A stretch of DNA of 64,000 nucleotides from Lytechinus pictus (lineage: Eukaryota). The position numbers were made by a program, and so were the translations under genes. The notes under the pieces were generated by a model that saw only the letters and a program-made list of their open reading frames with translations, searched no databases and was not told the origin of the DNA. Position 1 is the first letter of the stretch; each line of letters begins with the position of its first letter. Below are positions 1 through 13,335 of the stretch, in pieces. The stretch spans positions 34,474,001 through 34,538,000 of the forward strand of contig NC_087245.1 in assembly GCF_037042905.1 (NCBI RefSeq), read 5' to 3'.

Positions 1-182
1 ATAAATATTTTCAGCCCAAACCATCCCTTTTACATGTAATGTGATAAAGTCATTTGATGTCCACAGCCTCATTCATGAACTCCAAATTACCATGACAAAC
101 CATCATAACCAGCAGGGGTTTTTGTTTTTTATCTGAGATTTCAGCGCAAGAATGTACATGTATGTAATGTACTTTCAACAAC

Positions 183-459
183 AACAAGCTGGGGTGAGCA
201 CATAATATGCCCACCTGTAACATAGAAAATGGAGTTATTGGTCAAGCAAGAAAAGTGGAAGGTGGCGACTTGCCTTTTTTTTTACCTCAATCAAAGGGCT
301 TCCTGGGATCCATGCTAGTATCATACACACCAAATTATATGACCCTTGGTTATAAAGTTAAACTGAAGTTATCGCATTTACTAATTAAAGAAAAGTTAAC
401 GGACAGACAGACACCAAAAGATACCATAATAAGTCCCGTAAGGACGGGCGTATAAAAAA
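183..459 (+). mobile_element. DINE-1/Helentron-like non-autonomous element
   Basis: Starts in an A-rich 'aacaag' context. Has an (ACGG/ACAG)n microsatellite at ~399-412 and a 3' hairpin CCCGT-aagg-ACGGG followed by an A-run. Confidence 0.5.
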
Positions 460-2084
460 TGTTAAAATCTATCTTCAAAAGATAAAGCTCGTCGAAAATG
501 CTCACAAAGCGATTTGCTTGAACATATTATTTTTGGACTGAAAAACAATTATCATGAGACCTAAGAATAGAAGACTTGAGATGTAATTTGTGAAACATCA
601 AGAGAAGTGAACCAACTCAACTCAATTACATGAGCTGCTTTCATTCCATGGGTTTACTTTTGATTTAGCCAATATTAGTCCACTAACTCAATACACTGTA
701 CATAGCAGAAATTTGTACATTTACAGTTTACCCCATGCTACGTTGCCTCGGATGCTCTCACAGAGGAGCTATCTCTTTTTTAATAAAAAGCAAACATGCA
801 AGCGAGCCTCTTCCATAAACCTCTTCTGACAAGCATCTAATGATTTTGTTTGCTAAACAATCTCAATGTCTGTGGTAACTGGTAAAGCACAGAAAAAATC
901 TTTATTTCTCTTTCGTTATTACATGTAGGGCCGATACACTTGCAATGTACACAGTCCTAAAAGCTGCACAGCGATTGCGGGTGAACATTTTGTTTCATAC
1001 TATGTAGTTGTATGTTTGTAATACTAAAAATGATATAAAAATAATCTTAGATATTTTTATAGAACATTTTCTAAAATAAGATTTAAGAAAAACATCAGAG
1101 GGCAGTGGTAGAAAGGATTTCCAGGTGTATCTATTGAACATTGGGACCAAATATTTCATGATGGTCTGTCTATTAGTATTAAAGAGCAACAAGTACATGG
1201 AAGAATTTATATTTAATGTACAACAGATTTATTGACTTTACTTCAATCAGCTCTACATGTATATATAAACTTAAGCCGTCCAAAAATGATACTCGATTAT
1301 TCTCTGATCAGACCATCAGGCAAGCTCCTGTGCTATAAAAGTTTTGAAAGATTATTCAGTAGACCTACAACTTAACATTTTTCAAATCAGAGTTGCAATT
1401 GAATGTTACCAAAGGCCTAAAATGGGAAATCCATCAAAATATTGGGATGTTGTTTCATCTTCCATGATTGCATCTGTCCATCTGTTTCCCCCTGGTCTAA
1501 GGTCAAGAGTTGAATCTGTGCTACCAACTTGTCTATGGCAGGGATTCCTTTCGTTCTCCCCTGCGAGCCTCTTTCTACATCATCGGTTGCCATCTTGTTT
1601 TTCATTCACCTGGATGCGAGCCATGTCTGTGTTAGTCTTGCTTTCTACACTTTCTAAGGAGGTCTTCGGTACATACAGTACCAGTACAAAAGAGCCCAAA
1701 TAAAACCTTTTGTAAAAGAACGTACACTAAACATTATAAACAATGTACACTTGTACAAGGCTACATGTGCAATGTTCACGTACAAAGACAGCCAACAGGC
1801 AACAGGAATATGCGGTGCTTTTAATACCTTTTTAAAGCCAAAATGGGTGTCACTTTGTACGTAGGTTATGGCTATTACAGAGTTTTCATTGAACATTGCC
1901 CTTCCTCTTGGCACAATTAATGCAAGCCTCTACAGTACGTTGTACATGGACATAATTATCAAAAAAAAGTTAGCTTTCCTATTCTTATCATTATTTTATT
2001 GTACTGCCCTCATTTTCCCCTACAATGTATTTCTATCATAGATAATTTTATGCACCTGTATGAAAATGTACAGTATACATCGAA

Positions 2085-2495
2085 AGGCCGTGCTGCACAA
2101 GTTTGCTCAATCTCGAGATTTTACCCTATCGGCCCTCTTCGTGATTAATCTCAAGACTCAAGAAACCCCATCTCCACCAGCGCAAGAAGAGCAATTCGTG
2201 CTCGAGTAAGGCTTTGATTTATCATGTTCTGACACCGTGAATAAATAATCCAGAGTCGAATCTTGAGTGCGTCTGCACCTGCTAATTACTTTGAATTAGT
2301 GGGACAATTTTTAAAAAGAGTGCTATTTTGCAAATAATCCTATAAAGTTGGCTTAGGATTGCAATCTCGAGATTAATCCAGTCAACTATCGCGATGATTG
2401 CATCTCCATTACAAATAATCTCGGGATTAAGATCCGACAAATTTGCCAGATCAGAAATAGTGCGATTTGAAAACTCGGGCTGGTGCAGACGGCCC
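2085..2495. mobile_element. MITE with GGCCGT(G)CTGCAC termini (Harbinger-like)
   Basis: Imperfect TIRs aggccgtgctgcac / gtgcagacggccct, with repeated internal palindrome AATCTCGAGATT and variants. Confidence 0.55.
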
Positions 2496-5400
2496 TCAAA
2501 AGTAGGCCTACATGTACACGTCCCTAGAGCAAATGCAGTGCTCCATATTAAATGGAGTATTGAAATATTGGATGAAAACCATGCCCCAATATCAAAGCTT
2601 GTGCATTCCCGTTGTCGAGACTAACACACATGTATATACATTTAAGTATGTACATGTAAATATAAAAAAAAGATTCCCCTAAAAGGGTCTGTATTTCAAG
2701 ACTAAAGTATAACTGGCTTGAAAAGGGACTTGCATTCAGCACACAAATCTAAAGTGGAATATTACACTGCATTTGTCAGGAATCTCCCCGTTCTTCTTTT
2801 CCCTTTGCACTTCAGCTATTGGAGTATGCAATACCAAGCCTGCTCTACATGTACCTGTGCATTTCCATGTACAGCAATACCACAGACATGTACATATGTA
2901 CTGTACTGTACAAATGTACATGTAGGACCTGATGAGTAGGGCATACATTTTGAGATTGGTCAGCAAACACAGAAATGACAACATATCATGTACACATATA
3001 CATGTACAATGTACCTGTAGGCCTAAATTAAATCCAATACATGATAGGCCTACAGATGCATGTCCATTGATCACCTGCATATAATGGGGGTGTACATATG
3101 CATACAAATGTACATGTAGAAAAGCATTTTTATTTCTCCCAGTCATTTTGCAGCATACATATACGGTATTCAGCGACACATTGCAAAAAAAGTATTGATC
3201 AGTTTTCTTTTTTAATGTGTACTTTTATTCTTTATTTTTTTTATATTGCATACATGTAGCTGTACGATAGTAAAAACTAAAGGACCCCCCCCCCCAAAAA
3301 AAAAGGTTCATGTAAAGCACTGTGCATTACTGTTTTTCCAGTTCACTGTCAAGTAGCTCCATGTATGATGTTCATTTTACAGCTTTTTTTAATTAAAAAA
3401 TGATTGATTAGACCATCCCTGTCCTACTTTAGCCTACATCACTGCATGTTAAATTCCAGTATATATGCAGTAATTTGGTTTACTACGTGTAGATCTACAG
3501 TACATGTACTGCACATGTACATTCACATTTTAGCAACATTTAGTCAAGAATCAGACATCATATCGAGCATATCTACAGATATTCTACGCACACACCTTTG
3601 AACATAAAAATACAGTGTAGGGTTTTTTATCATTATTGTTGGTATTGGACACTTTCCTATCTGAAACTAAACTACCCTGCCACTACAGTATACATGTACA
3701 GCAATGTAACTGTCCCCTTTGTACACTATCTTACATGTAGGCCCACATGTATATTGTTTTTCTTCATGAAAACACTTGAAGAGGTTTCATGAAAAATTGT
3801 TTTATAACGATAAAAAAGTTGCATGTTATCCCTCTAAATTACTGCAATTTTATTGAATATTGCAAGGGGGTATGACATACATGTAGATCTTCAGCATTAA
3901 ACACAACTACTCCGATTTCATACTGAAAGCTACTTCTCCCAAACAGGCAATATCGTTCTTGTTCTTGTTTGGTTGGTTGTTTGTTTTGGGGGTAAAAGTG
4001 AAATCAAGTAATAAAGCCTACATGTACATGTACACGTACAAGCTTTACCAACTGCACATGTACCAAATCTAGGCCATAAAATTAAAATCTAAGCATTCCA
4101 GAAGGCAGATAGATTCTAAATTTCTTTGCAATCTATCAACAATCTGCATAGAGTACATCAGATTTGCGTCTTTGTCATGGCGACCCTCCTACTATCAAGA
4201 TGACTGGATTTCAGGATGTATTTTAATGAGCAGCCAGACAAGATGGAATTCACAACACACAACACCCCTACTCACAAGCAGCGATTCATTATTCAATTCA
4301 CTGTGCACTTGAACCTATATATAGTATAGTGCAAGGTAACAGCCTGAATGCGGGATTTCAAAGATTTTCATGAATGATGCAAACTTTTCATTACAGGTGC
4401 ATGTTTTACTAGGATTTTTTTCTCTCAATCTGTTGTACAGTGACCAATTTTATAAAAATTCCCCAACATCGCATTTCAGAAAGACATCCAGAAAACAAGA
4501 ACTAGATAATGACATCATCATACCCCCCCCCCCCACACACACACACACAAAGACACTTTCAGACAAAATTGTATCCATTATATTTTAAGTACATCTAGTG
4601 ATACATGGAGGATTTGTTTTCATGAAGCTACAAATACTACATGTATGTAAATGTATGTAGTGGCTATGGTGTGGAGCAAAAATAGTTTTATGTTCTATCA
4701 TTGAATAACTGAATAAATTTCAAAAGTTTTTGTCCTGGTGCTATTGAAAACCGGAAGGGGTCAAAATCTACCTGTAAGACAATCCCTTTTCTTTTTCTAA
4801 TACAAACCATTCTCAGGTCAACCAAACCACTCATATCCTTTTAACTTCCTGCCATTCAGGAATCAACTGTTCCTTCCTGACAGAAAACAAAAAAGTTACA
4901 ATTCACACCAGATGTTCAAAGTCACAAAACTTGAAGATAACAATCCATTGTAATTCCAAGCACTAACCAATATATAATGATAAGGGTTACACATTTTAGT
5001 TGCCCAATCCCCAATGCACTATTGTTTCTCTCTTATTTTCACTATGATTGTAATTTCGTCAAAGGAAAAGATAAGCAAGATGAAGATATGATTGGCACTA
5101 CTATCCCCCCCCCCTTTTTTTTTTGGGGGGGGGGGGTAGGAGGTTCAAGCTAATGGATATTTTATCATTAACTGCATGTACAGTCGTAATTTGAAGTTTT
5201 TATAAATATGCTAGATGAAATTACTTAATCCATTATTTGTCATGGTAAAAAAAAATGTTGCATTCATGTACAGTGAATGAATGAAATGTTGTGTTTCATG
5301 CATGTACATGATTGAATTTATGAAATTCAAAGTTTTTTTTTATTGGATACACTTCCCCCCCCCCCCCCACCAAAAAAAATGAAGAAATCAACTTGAAGGC

Positions 5401-6269
5401 TTACATGTACATACATGTATCATCTACATAATTGTGAATGTTTTAAAAAATGAATTTGAACACCCTTTTGTGGTTTGAATTCTTCATCAATGTGTGCAAC
5501 AAAGTTTTTTTTTTCTCTTATTTGCAAATGTTGGACAGGACCTACATGTACACGTACGACAATAGCAGTCTCTAGGATTCTTGGTAGTACATGTCGACAC
5601 ATTCTACAAGTACCTCAGCTGTCAAATGTTTTTGTTGACAAGAATCAAACCAAACTTTTGACAATACATGTATAATCTACCCTGAAAAAATTTATCATGT
5701 ATGGGTTTGACATTTACTTTTAAAGTTGAAGTTAAATGTATGGTTTGGTGCCCCTTGTCTGTGCACTGGTGCCCAAGTCTATTGCAATACTGCATGATTC
5801 TACTCATCACAAAAAAATTAATTTATAAAATGAACACAACCATCTTCACATCACTTTCAGGGATAACTGAAAAATGAGGAAAAGTAGGGGGAATATTTAT
5901 TTTATACATGTACATGTAACTATTTCATGTGTCAATGCCTTTTTCATGAAAAAAAGACTCGGAATACCTAGAACTACAACTACATACAAGTGCACCTGAA
6001 CTAAAAACTAAGACTCCTTCCTTCCTCTCTTCTCTTATTTTTTGTACAAAATTGGCCTCACTGGTCATCACTTTCTTTCTGTTCAGGTTGTGTAGATTTT
6101 GAGAATTGAAATGCAGTCAGCTTGAATGATTGATAAACACAAATGGCCCTACACTACAGTTATAATGGAAAAGTGTGTTATTGTCAATTTCACATGAATA
6201 GACCCAAGTCTAATTAAATTAGCAGCAGACAGCATGAAAATCATTTGTCTTTCTTACTTAGTCTCTTAT

Positions 6270-6741
6270 AGTGAGTGATTGTATTACCGACCGGCCTTGT
6301 ATTACTGAACGCGCGCATCGTACGCGTCAAAAAAAAATTTCATACGCTCAAAACTTTGCAACATCCTTCCAAAGGGAACTTGAATAGAAAGATGATGAAA
6401 ATGGTCAAAAACACATTTTCAATGTCTTAATATTCTAATAAAAATAAAATATGGTCAAAATAGCTCATCGGTGATGTTGTTTTCTCAATTTTTCCCATTG
6501 GAAACACACGTTCAGTAATACGATACCTTGTTCAAGTGACCAAAATATTTCACATGCGAAGAGAGATCTGATTGGAAGCTAATATTGTAAAAAAGAAAAA
6601 CAATTTCGGCAACATTTTTACATATTTATATTTTGTAATAATTGTGTATTTATGGTGAAAGTTTGATGAATTTTATGAGAATAATGTGTTTGATATGATT
6701 GAATTGATGAAAAGTGTTCGGTAATACGATCCACTACCATA
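6270..6741. mobile_element. Degenerate MITE
   Basis: Ends gattgtattaccgac / gttcggtaatacgatc are inverted. An internal copy gttcagtaatacgata is also present. Confidence 0.45.
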
Positions 6742-7108
6742 CATACAGTAGGGCCAAGACTTAACATTGAGTAATTTACTTCTGACTTTCTTTTGTCTTT
6801 TTAACAACCCATCATCATTCATGCCATCAAATGTACATGTATTTTTAATACTGAGTCCTTAAATCATATTACATGTAGGTAAACGTTATACAGTTCAGTG
6901 CAACATGCAAATCAGCATGCTCAGTAATTTATCACACAGTCACAATCACCAGTCTCAGTCGGAGCAGACACACAGTCACAGACACCGCACCACGAACATC
7001 ACAAAAATTCTATGTGATACAGCCTATGTACGCGGCTAGCTCGGGCGAATCATCAGCGAAAGAATACCCCACGACATCCGACCGCTCATTCTCTCTCAAA
7101 AAACTCAC

Positions 7109-7174
7109 CAAATCTCCGCTACACGTCCCGAAAATGGCAACCAAAAATGCCCCACAAAGCAAAAGTACTCTCAT
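7109..7174 (-). CDS. First coding exon (signal peptide) of an unidentified secreted or membrane protein gene extending off the left edge
   Basis: AAAATG context. Encodes MRVLLLCGAFLVAIFGTCSGDL: basic N-region, hydrophobic core and a C-S-G cleavage-type site. Strong donor TTG|GTGAGT, CpG-rich flanks. No in-frame downstream exon was found in the window. Confidence 0.7.
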
Positions 7175-7890
7175 TTTTCTTCCTGTGTGTTGGTTTACTC
7201 GAGTTTTACTCCAATTCTTGTACTTTTTAGTACAAATGGCACAGTTCTAAAACGCGAAGGAAGGACTCTTCCAATCCTCAGCTTTCCAAATAAACGATAG
7301 CACACCGCGCGATATTGCGTTTATAGCATTCAGTTTATTCGATAGTTAGTGCAGTGTTGCGTGCACTAGTTTTTGCAATGTAAATGGGCATTATTGGGGA
7401 GTCTATGGTTTCTTTTATCAATGCAACAAAAGAAATAAAATATGGGGGACGGGGCAAAGGAAAGACGGCCTAACTAGCAGGATCAGACCTCTCAATCGAA
7501 ATCGTGGGCGGAATTGGTGAGACTATTCTTTTAGGACAAAAGAAAAAAATGGGGGGGGGGGGCACAACGACCTTGTAGCTGGAGTTAAACGACTCGGACC
7601 GCTTTTATACTCTTATTTCTTTCTTCTTCCACTACCCCCCCCCCTCTCTTTATTTTCTCCTTTTTTAACTTAAAACAAGTCATACAGGGCTGGCACCCTG
7701 CTTTGGTGCCGCCCCTGCATGTATATAGCATTATGCAAATATTACCATTGATAATAGGTGAATTATTGGGGGAGTGGACAACCATGTGGATTAAAAGGCA
7801 CGGAAAATACGGGTTAACTTGACACTAAGAGAGAAGGAAAGTGGAAAAACTATTAAAATGCGAATCACATATTTTAGGGGTAGTTGTCAA

Positions 7891-8037
7891 CAGGGGCCGC
7901 GGAACTGGGGGGGGGGGGCTTCAGTCCCCCACTTTTTCAAATCCGTGTACAAAAATGCAAAAATGACCATACGATTGTGATTTTTTGCATGGTCAGCCCC
8001 CCCCCCCCCCACTTTGAAAACCATTCCGCTGCCCCTG
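7891..8037. mobile_element. Small GC-ended MITE (CAGGGGC...GCCCCTG)
   Basis: TIRs caggggccgcggaa / ttccgctgcccctg with poly-G/C subtermini. No clear TSD. Confidence 0.55.
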
Positions 8038-8957
8038 GCCAAAACTATAGGCCTACAAGTTTAGAAGATGATTGAGTACTAATTTTCGTTATACAATCAA
8101 AAGGTGTTTATCGGCGAGGATTGTGACTCAACTTACCCAAACGGATGGGCCTGTTGAATGAAACAAATTCAGTTTAGTTTGTGGTTACCCACAGAATATA
8201 ATTGCGAGTTAAAGGGTCTTGCTATACAGACATAATAGACATCATGTTCGATTGAAAATTAATCTATGGAATTTATATGACATTAATAGGGTAGCTGCTC
8301 GCATATGACGTCAAAAATCAAAAACTTTAAAATTTCATAACTTTCTTATTTTTGATGGATTTTCATCAAACCTTCACCAATATCATTTGGTCAATTTTCT
8401 CACTTTTGTTAAAACCAATATATCGCCAGTGTGATGAACTCCTAAGTGGCCCGGGGGGGGGGGGCACTCACATACATTGGTGGTACGGTGACGCGCCACT
8501 TTGATGACCCCCTTTTCAAACTTTGATTTCAGTTCTATAGATATTCCGTATGACAAAAGTTTCGTTCAGAAGCGACCCCACCCCGCTCACAAGACCCCCG
8601 GGGTGAACTACGCCTTTAATGATTCCAATTGAATATAGATACATGTATATCCTCGAGCCTTTTATTTTCTGGGGGGTAGCACTTTGGCATATATGCAAAA
8701 CACCCCCCCCCCCCCTCCATATATTGATAATCTGTTAATTATCAATAAATAAATACGCCTAAATTCTGCTAATATGAATATTTCAACAAATAAAGAAAGA
8801 AAGTTATCAGAAAGGATACTAATTGGTAAAGGACTGATTTAATTACTAAAAATAGGCCTACATGATTGTTTTGTCTTGCGATATTAAGCGAAAGTTTGAC
8901 GGTGTTTATCCATGCAGAATGTAAACTTTGTTAGTTCAGAAGTTACGGCCATTTTGA

Positions 8958-9217
8958 CATAGGCGGCGGAAGCGGGGGGATGTGTCCCCCCCCCCCCCGT
9001 GTCCCCCCCCCCTCCCCTAAATTTTAGGTGGGGGGACGATCCCCCTAAACAAAATTTTCGATTACTTTTTTTTTTTTTTTTTTTTTTATTGCTTGTCAAT
9101 TGTTTTCCTGCGTCCCCCCTAAAATTTTTGGTTGATAACCTTTTTTCTTTTCTTTTTTTTTTGCTTGTCAAAATATTTTGTGGTCCCCCCTAAAATTTTT
9201 GGCTTCCGCCGCCAATG
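8958..9217. mobile_element. hAT-like MITE
   Basis: TIRs cataggcggcggaagc / gcttccgccgccaatg. 8-bp flanks CATTTTGA / CATTTGGA match at 7/8. Confidence 0.75.
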
Positions 9218-9732
9218 CATTTGGAGCAGAATTTGCGATCATGTTAGTTCTATTTTAATTTTGAACGATTATTGTATTTACCCTTGTATGAAAATAAATA
9301 TTGCATTTTGATTAATATTAAGTCAGTGCATTGTTGTATTGCATGTGCTATGGTATAGAAAAAAAAATTAATCTTCAATGCTGATTGCATTTAATTTACT
9401 ATAAAAAGGGCATTCATAAATAGTTTTTTTTTAATCTAATGACGAAAAATTGGCAAATTGCAATGCATTTTGTAATTTGTAATCATTAATTAGTTTTGCA
9501 ATGGGGTCCCAGGTTACCTCACACTTCGAGGAGAGTTCGGGCGTCGAATTACCCCCCCCCCCCCCCTCAATCTGAATTAGTGTCTCAATAAGTGAGGGAG
9601 CAAAGTCGTGTTACTGGTTTGGTTTGTTTGTTTTATAATTTTCGGAATAGGCTTTTTGGCACACTTTGACCTGCATTTCTGTTGAAAATTATGCAATAAC
9701 AATTAAAGAGTATGTTTAAATACATTTTGAAG

Positions 9733-10110
9733 CAGTGGCGTACCGTGGGTCACGGCATGGGGGGGGGGGCACCAGCACTGAAAATTGGAGTAACTTTATT
9801 GGGCGTGCGAAGCGCGGTCAATAGGTATACTGACCTATATTATAATAGAGACATTTTAGGGACTCTGCCATATTAAATGGATATGTATCAAAAATATATG
9901 ATCAAATAATGCGAGCTGAAAATTGTTGATATTCAAACCTAAAAAAGGAATTAAAGCAAAATTTTGTAATCATGATGCGTACCTGTCTCACTAAACAAAC
10001 AGTGCGAGCTGAAATTATATTGACCCCAAATTTAAGGATTATTTTTTTTGGAATTTTGATTTTTTGATTTTTATTATAAAAATCTAGAATTTCTTTATCG
10101 TTCGCTTCGC
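9733..10110 (+). mobile_element. Truncated copy of the hAT-like element at 10518-11947
   Basis: Same left end (cagtggcgtaccgtgggtcacggcat-Gn-caccagca) and diverged internal sequence. The right end is missing. Confidence 0.7.
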
Positions 10111-10517
10111 CCACTAGCAGCTGTTTGAGAAATAAATTTTGCCCAACATGAATTATGTGACCCCTATAAACCCCTCAAAATGTTTGGCTCAGTGCGCCTC
10201 TGCTTTCAATATATACCCCTTGAACCGGTCAATCAAAAATATGAAGAGGGGGTTAACATCCAGAAAGTCATAATTAGATGGTGATTGAACGGAAAACCCC
10301 CGAATTAGTCTACCCATATTATAGAGGTGGATCACCCCCCATGGGCACATTCCGTGGTCACAGTACAGCCACGGAATTAGCCCATCGTCCTTTTGAGGAT
10401 TCCATCCTAGCATCATAGAGATATCTCTATGCCTGGCATTCACTGTCTGATACCAACAGAGGGAGACAAAGCCCTTTCCACACGATGTTACATTCAATTC
10501 CTGATTATATTGAAGCA

Positions 10518-11947
10518 CAGTGGCGTACCGTGGGTCACGGCATTGGGGGGGCACCAGCAAAAAAATTGACTCACTTAAAGAGCGCGCGAAGCGCGCTCAG
10601 TTGCCAGGTATACTGACATAATAGAGACATTTTTAGGACAGTGCCATTAAACGGTTATGTATCTCACTGATCACATAATGCGAGCGCGAAGCGCGAGCTG
10701 AATTTTTTTGAAATTCAGGCCTTAAAAGGACATTATAAGCAAATTTTTGTAATCATAATACATACCTGTCCATCCAAACAAACAATGCGAGCGCGAAGCG
10801 CGAGCTGAAATTTTTGTATATATTGACCCCAAACAGGGACATTTTAAGGACTATATCTTAGTAATCCATTAAGAGTATACATATCTCACCATAGTCATCT
10901 ATTGTGAGTGCCAATCTCTTGCTGATTTTGTTAGAATTATATACATCTAAACACATGAAGCACTTTTTGTAGTCATTGTAATCATGGTTAACATACGCAC
11001 CTCACTAATCAAATATTGCGAGCGCGAAGCGCGAGCTGAAAATTTAGGAAATTCAGACCTGAAGAGGGACATTTTAAGGCTTGTTTGTAGGAATTCACGA
11101 AGATCATACGTATTTCACTAACAAAAATATGCGAGCGCGAAGCGCAAGCTTAAATTTTTGCATATATTGACCCCAAACAGGGATATAAGGACTATTTTTT
11201 TAAGGAATCCATTAAGAGTACATATCTCACCATAGTCATCTAAAGCGAGTACCAAGCGCATGCTGATCTTGTTAGAATTACATGTAAATGACACATGAAG
11301 CACTTTTTGTAGTCATTGTAATCATGATAATCATATACGCATCTCACTAACCAAATGATGCGAGCGCGAAGCGCAAGCTGAAAATTTTTGATATTCAGAT
11401 CAGAAAAAGGGAAATTTTAAGGACTGATTTGGGGAATTCATGAAGAACAGACATATCTCACCAATCCACGAATGCGAACGTAAGCACGGACAGGAAATGG
11501 TTTATATTAAGACCTTAAAATGGGGCAATCACTTTAAGTAGTCATGAAATAGAAGCATATGTCACTACATAAACAATAATAATTCGAAGTGCGAGGAAAT
11601 ATATTTGGTGTATATTGACTTGAAAACGGGAGGTCTTAGTACAACAGGATTATGTATCTTGTTAAACAGACAATGCGAGCACCAGGAACAATGAAGACAT
11701 AGGCCTTGCGCAAATTATGTTTCATAAAGTTATAATTTTTTTTAAATGTAATATAACATAACATAATTATAACATAATATAACATTATAATTAACAATAA
11801 TTTCTTCTTTCCCCACTACGTTTCTCTCCCTTTCTCCCTCTTTTTCTCCTTTTCCCCGTTTTTTTTTTTTTTTGGCCAGCCGATTGGGGGGGGGGGGGGG
11901 GGGCACGTGCCCCCCCATGCCCCCCCCCCCCCGTAGTTACGCCACTG
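10518..11947 (+). mobile_element. Non-autonomous hAT element, 1430 bp, with internal tandem repeats
   Basis: TIRs CAGTGGCGTA / TACGCCACTG. Perfect 8-bp TSD TTGAAGCA at 10510-10517 and 11948-11955. Internal ~110-bp units carry GCGAGCGCGAAGCGCGAGCTG. No transposase ORF. Confidence 0.9.
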
Positions 11948-12094
11948 TTGAAGCACAACTATATTTCTCCAACCAGTCATCAGACGACTAAGCGCATGTG
12001 ATATAATAGGCTACATCAATAAGTAAAACAAGAAATAGATAAATGGCAAATAAATGTATTATTACTAGTATAATTGTTACTAACATTATCATTA

Positions 12095-12172
<78 letters not shown>

Positions 12173-12272
12173 TACTACTACTACTACTAATAATAATAAT
12201 GATAATAATAATAATGAATAATAATAACAATGAATAATAATAATAATAGTAATAATAATAATAATGATAATG
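12095..12272. repeat. Compound microsatellite (TAC)n-(TAA)n
   Basis: Directly visible. It explains the poly-S/L/V/Y ORFs in the track. Confidence 0.95.
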
Positions 12273-12761
12273 ACAAAAATAATCATTATTATAATTATTT
12301 TCCGACCTGAAAACTAAATATTCCGAGCACTTTTTAAACAATAATTTGGCATGATATTCAGAAAACTTAAGTGCGAGTTTAAAAAAATTGAGATTTAGAC
12401 ACAAGAATGGGACATTCGACATATCTTTCTGAAGAAATGATGTGGATGCGGAGCACATTAGAATTTTTTTTTAATATTCCATTCTGAAAAATTGACATTT
12501 CAAGCAAATTTTGAATAACCCAACAAAACGCAAGTGCGAAGCGTGCACAGAAATGTTTGATAAACTGATGAAAGAGAGCCTTGAATGCACTGATTTCTAT
12601 TTTGTTTTTTCTTCTTTCACCTCTATGAGCCAGATCACCTTTCAGCGAAGCACTCTGGGGTATAACAGGAACAGCGCCATCTTTTGTTTTATGAGTGCCA
12701 CCGGTTTAAAAATATATATTTCGTCAAAAGTGATGGCCACAGGTCATTTGGATAATCGAGG

Positions 12762-12928
12762 CAGTAGCGAACGCAGGGGGGGGGGGTTAGGTTACAGGGG
12801 TTCAACACCCCTTTTTGTACGAAACGACCTTAAATTTTCTGGTGAAGACCTTTTTTTTTCATTGCTTGTCAACTTTTCATTTTGCACGAAACCCCCGCCC
12901 CCTTTCAAGAATCCTGCGTACGCTACTG
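12762..12928. mobile_element. hAT-like MITE
   Basis: TIRs cagtagcgaacgcagg / cctgcgtacgctactg. Perfect 8-bp TSD AATCGAGG. Confidence 0.88.
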
Positions 12929-12987
12929 AATCGAGGTACAAGTTGTATCCAAACAATGAGAGAGGTACAAACTTGGCTAAGACATAA

Positions 12988-13300
12988 TGGCCCGTATTCT
13001 GAAGTCGGGTTTAACTTAAACCCAGGTTTAAAGTTGTGTTTCAAGTATGGATAGCCAATTGTTACATAAATCACTAACGGCAGAAATATCATATTTCAGC
13101 TCATTTGGCTCTCAAATCATTCATAATTGTCTAGGAAGTATATATAGATTATTGTCTTCACCATCGATGAATCAGGAAAGAGCACGGTAAACATAAGAAA
13201 CATACAACTTAATAAAAATTTTGACACTTTTGGCTTCCCATAATTTTAGCACAGAGTTAGACCATGGTCTAAGTTAAACCTGACTTCAGAATACGGGCCA
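12988..13300. mobile_element. MITE with ~35-bp TIRs
   Basis: tggcccgtattctgaagtcgggtttaacttaaacc / ggtctaagttaaacctgacttcagaatacgggcca. Confidence 0.85.
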
Positions 13301-13335
13301 TTATTATCTTTTGACTTTCACAGAGCAGCCCATAA

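Noticed and set aside
1344..1703. ORFs on both strands
   Set aside because: No recognisable protein. Candidate acceptors give early stops in the frame required by the exon at 7109-7174.
4476..4522. C/D box snoRNA (ATGATGA...CTGA on the minus strand)
   Set aside because: Only ~45 nt, with no terminal stem or recognisable rRNA antisense element.
4772..4876. Exon-like segment (strong minus-strand acceptor, GTAGA donor) as exon 2 of the signal-peptide gene
   Set aside because: The required phase-0 frame hits TGA at codon 7, and the other frames also stop. At most it is a cryptic or poison exon.
11988..12458. 156-aa ORF with poly-Y/I/S
   Set aside because: Translation of a (TAC)n/(TAA)n microsatellite.
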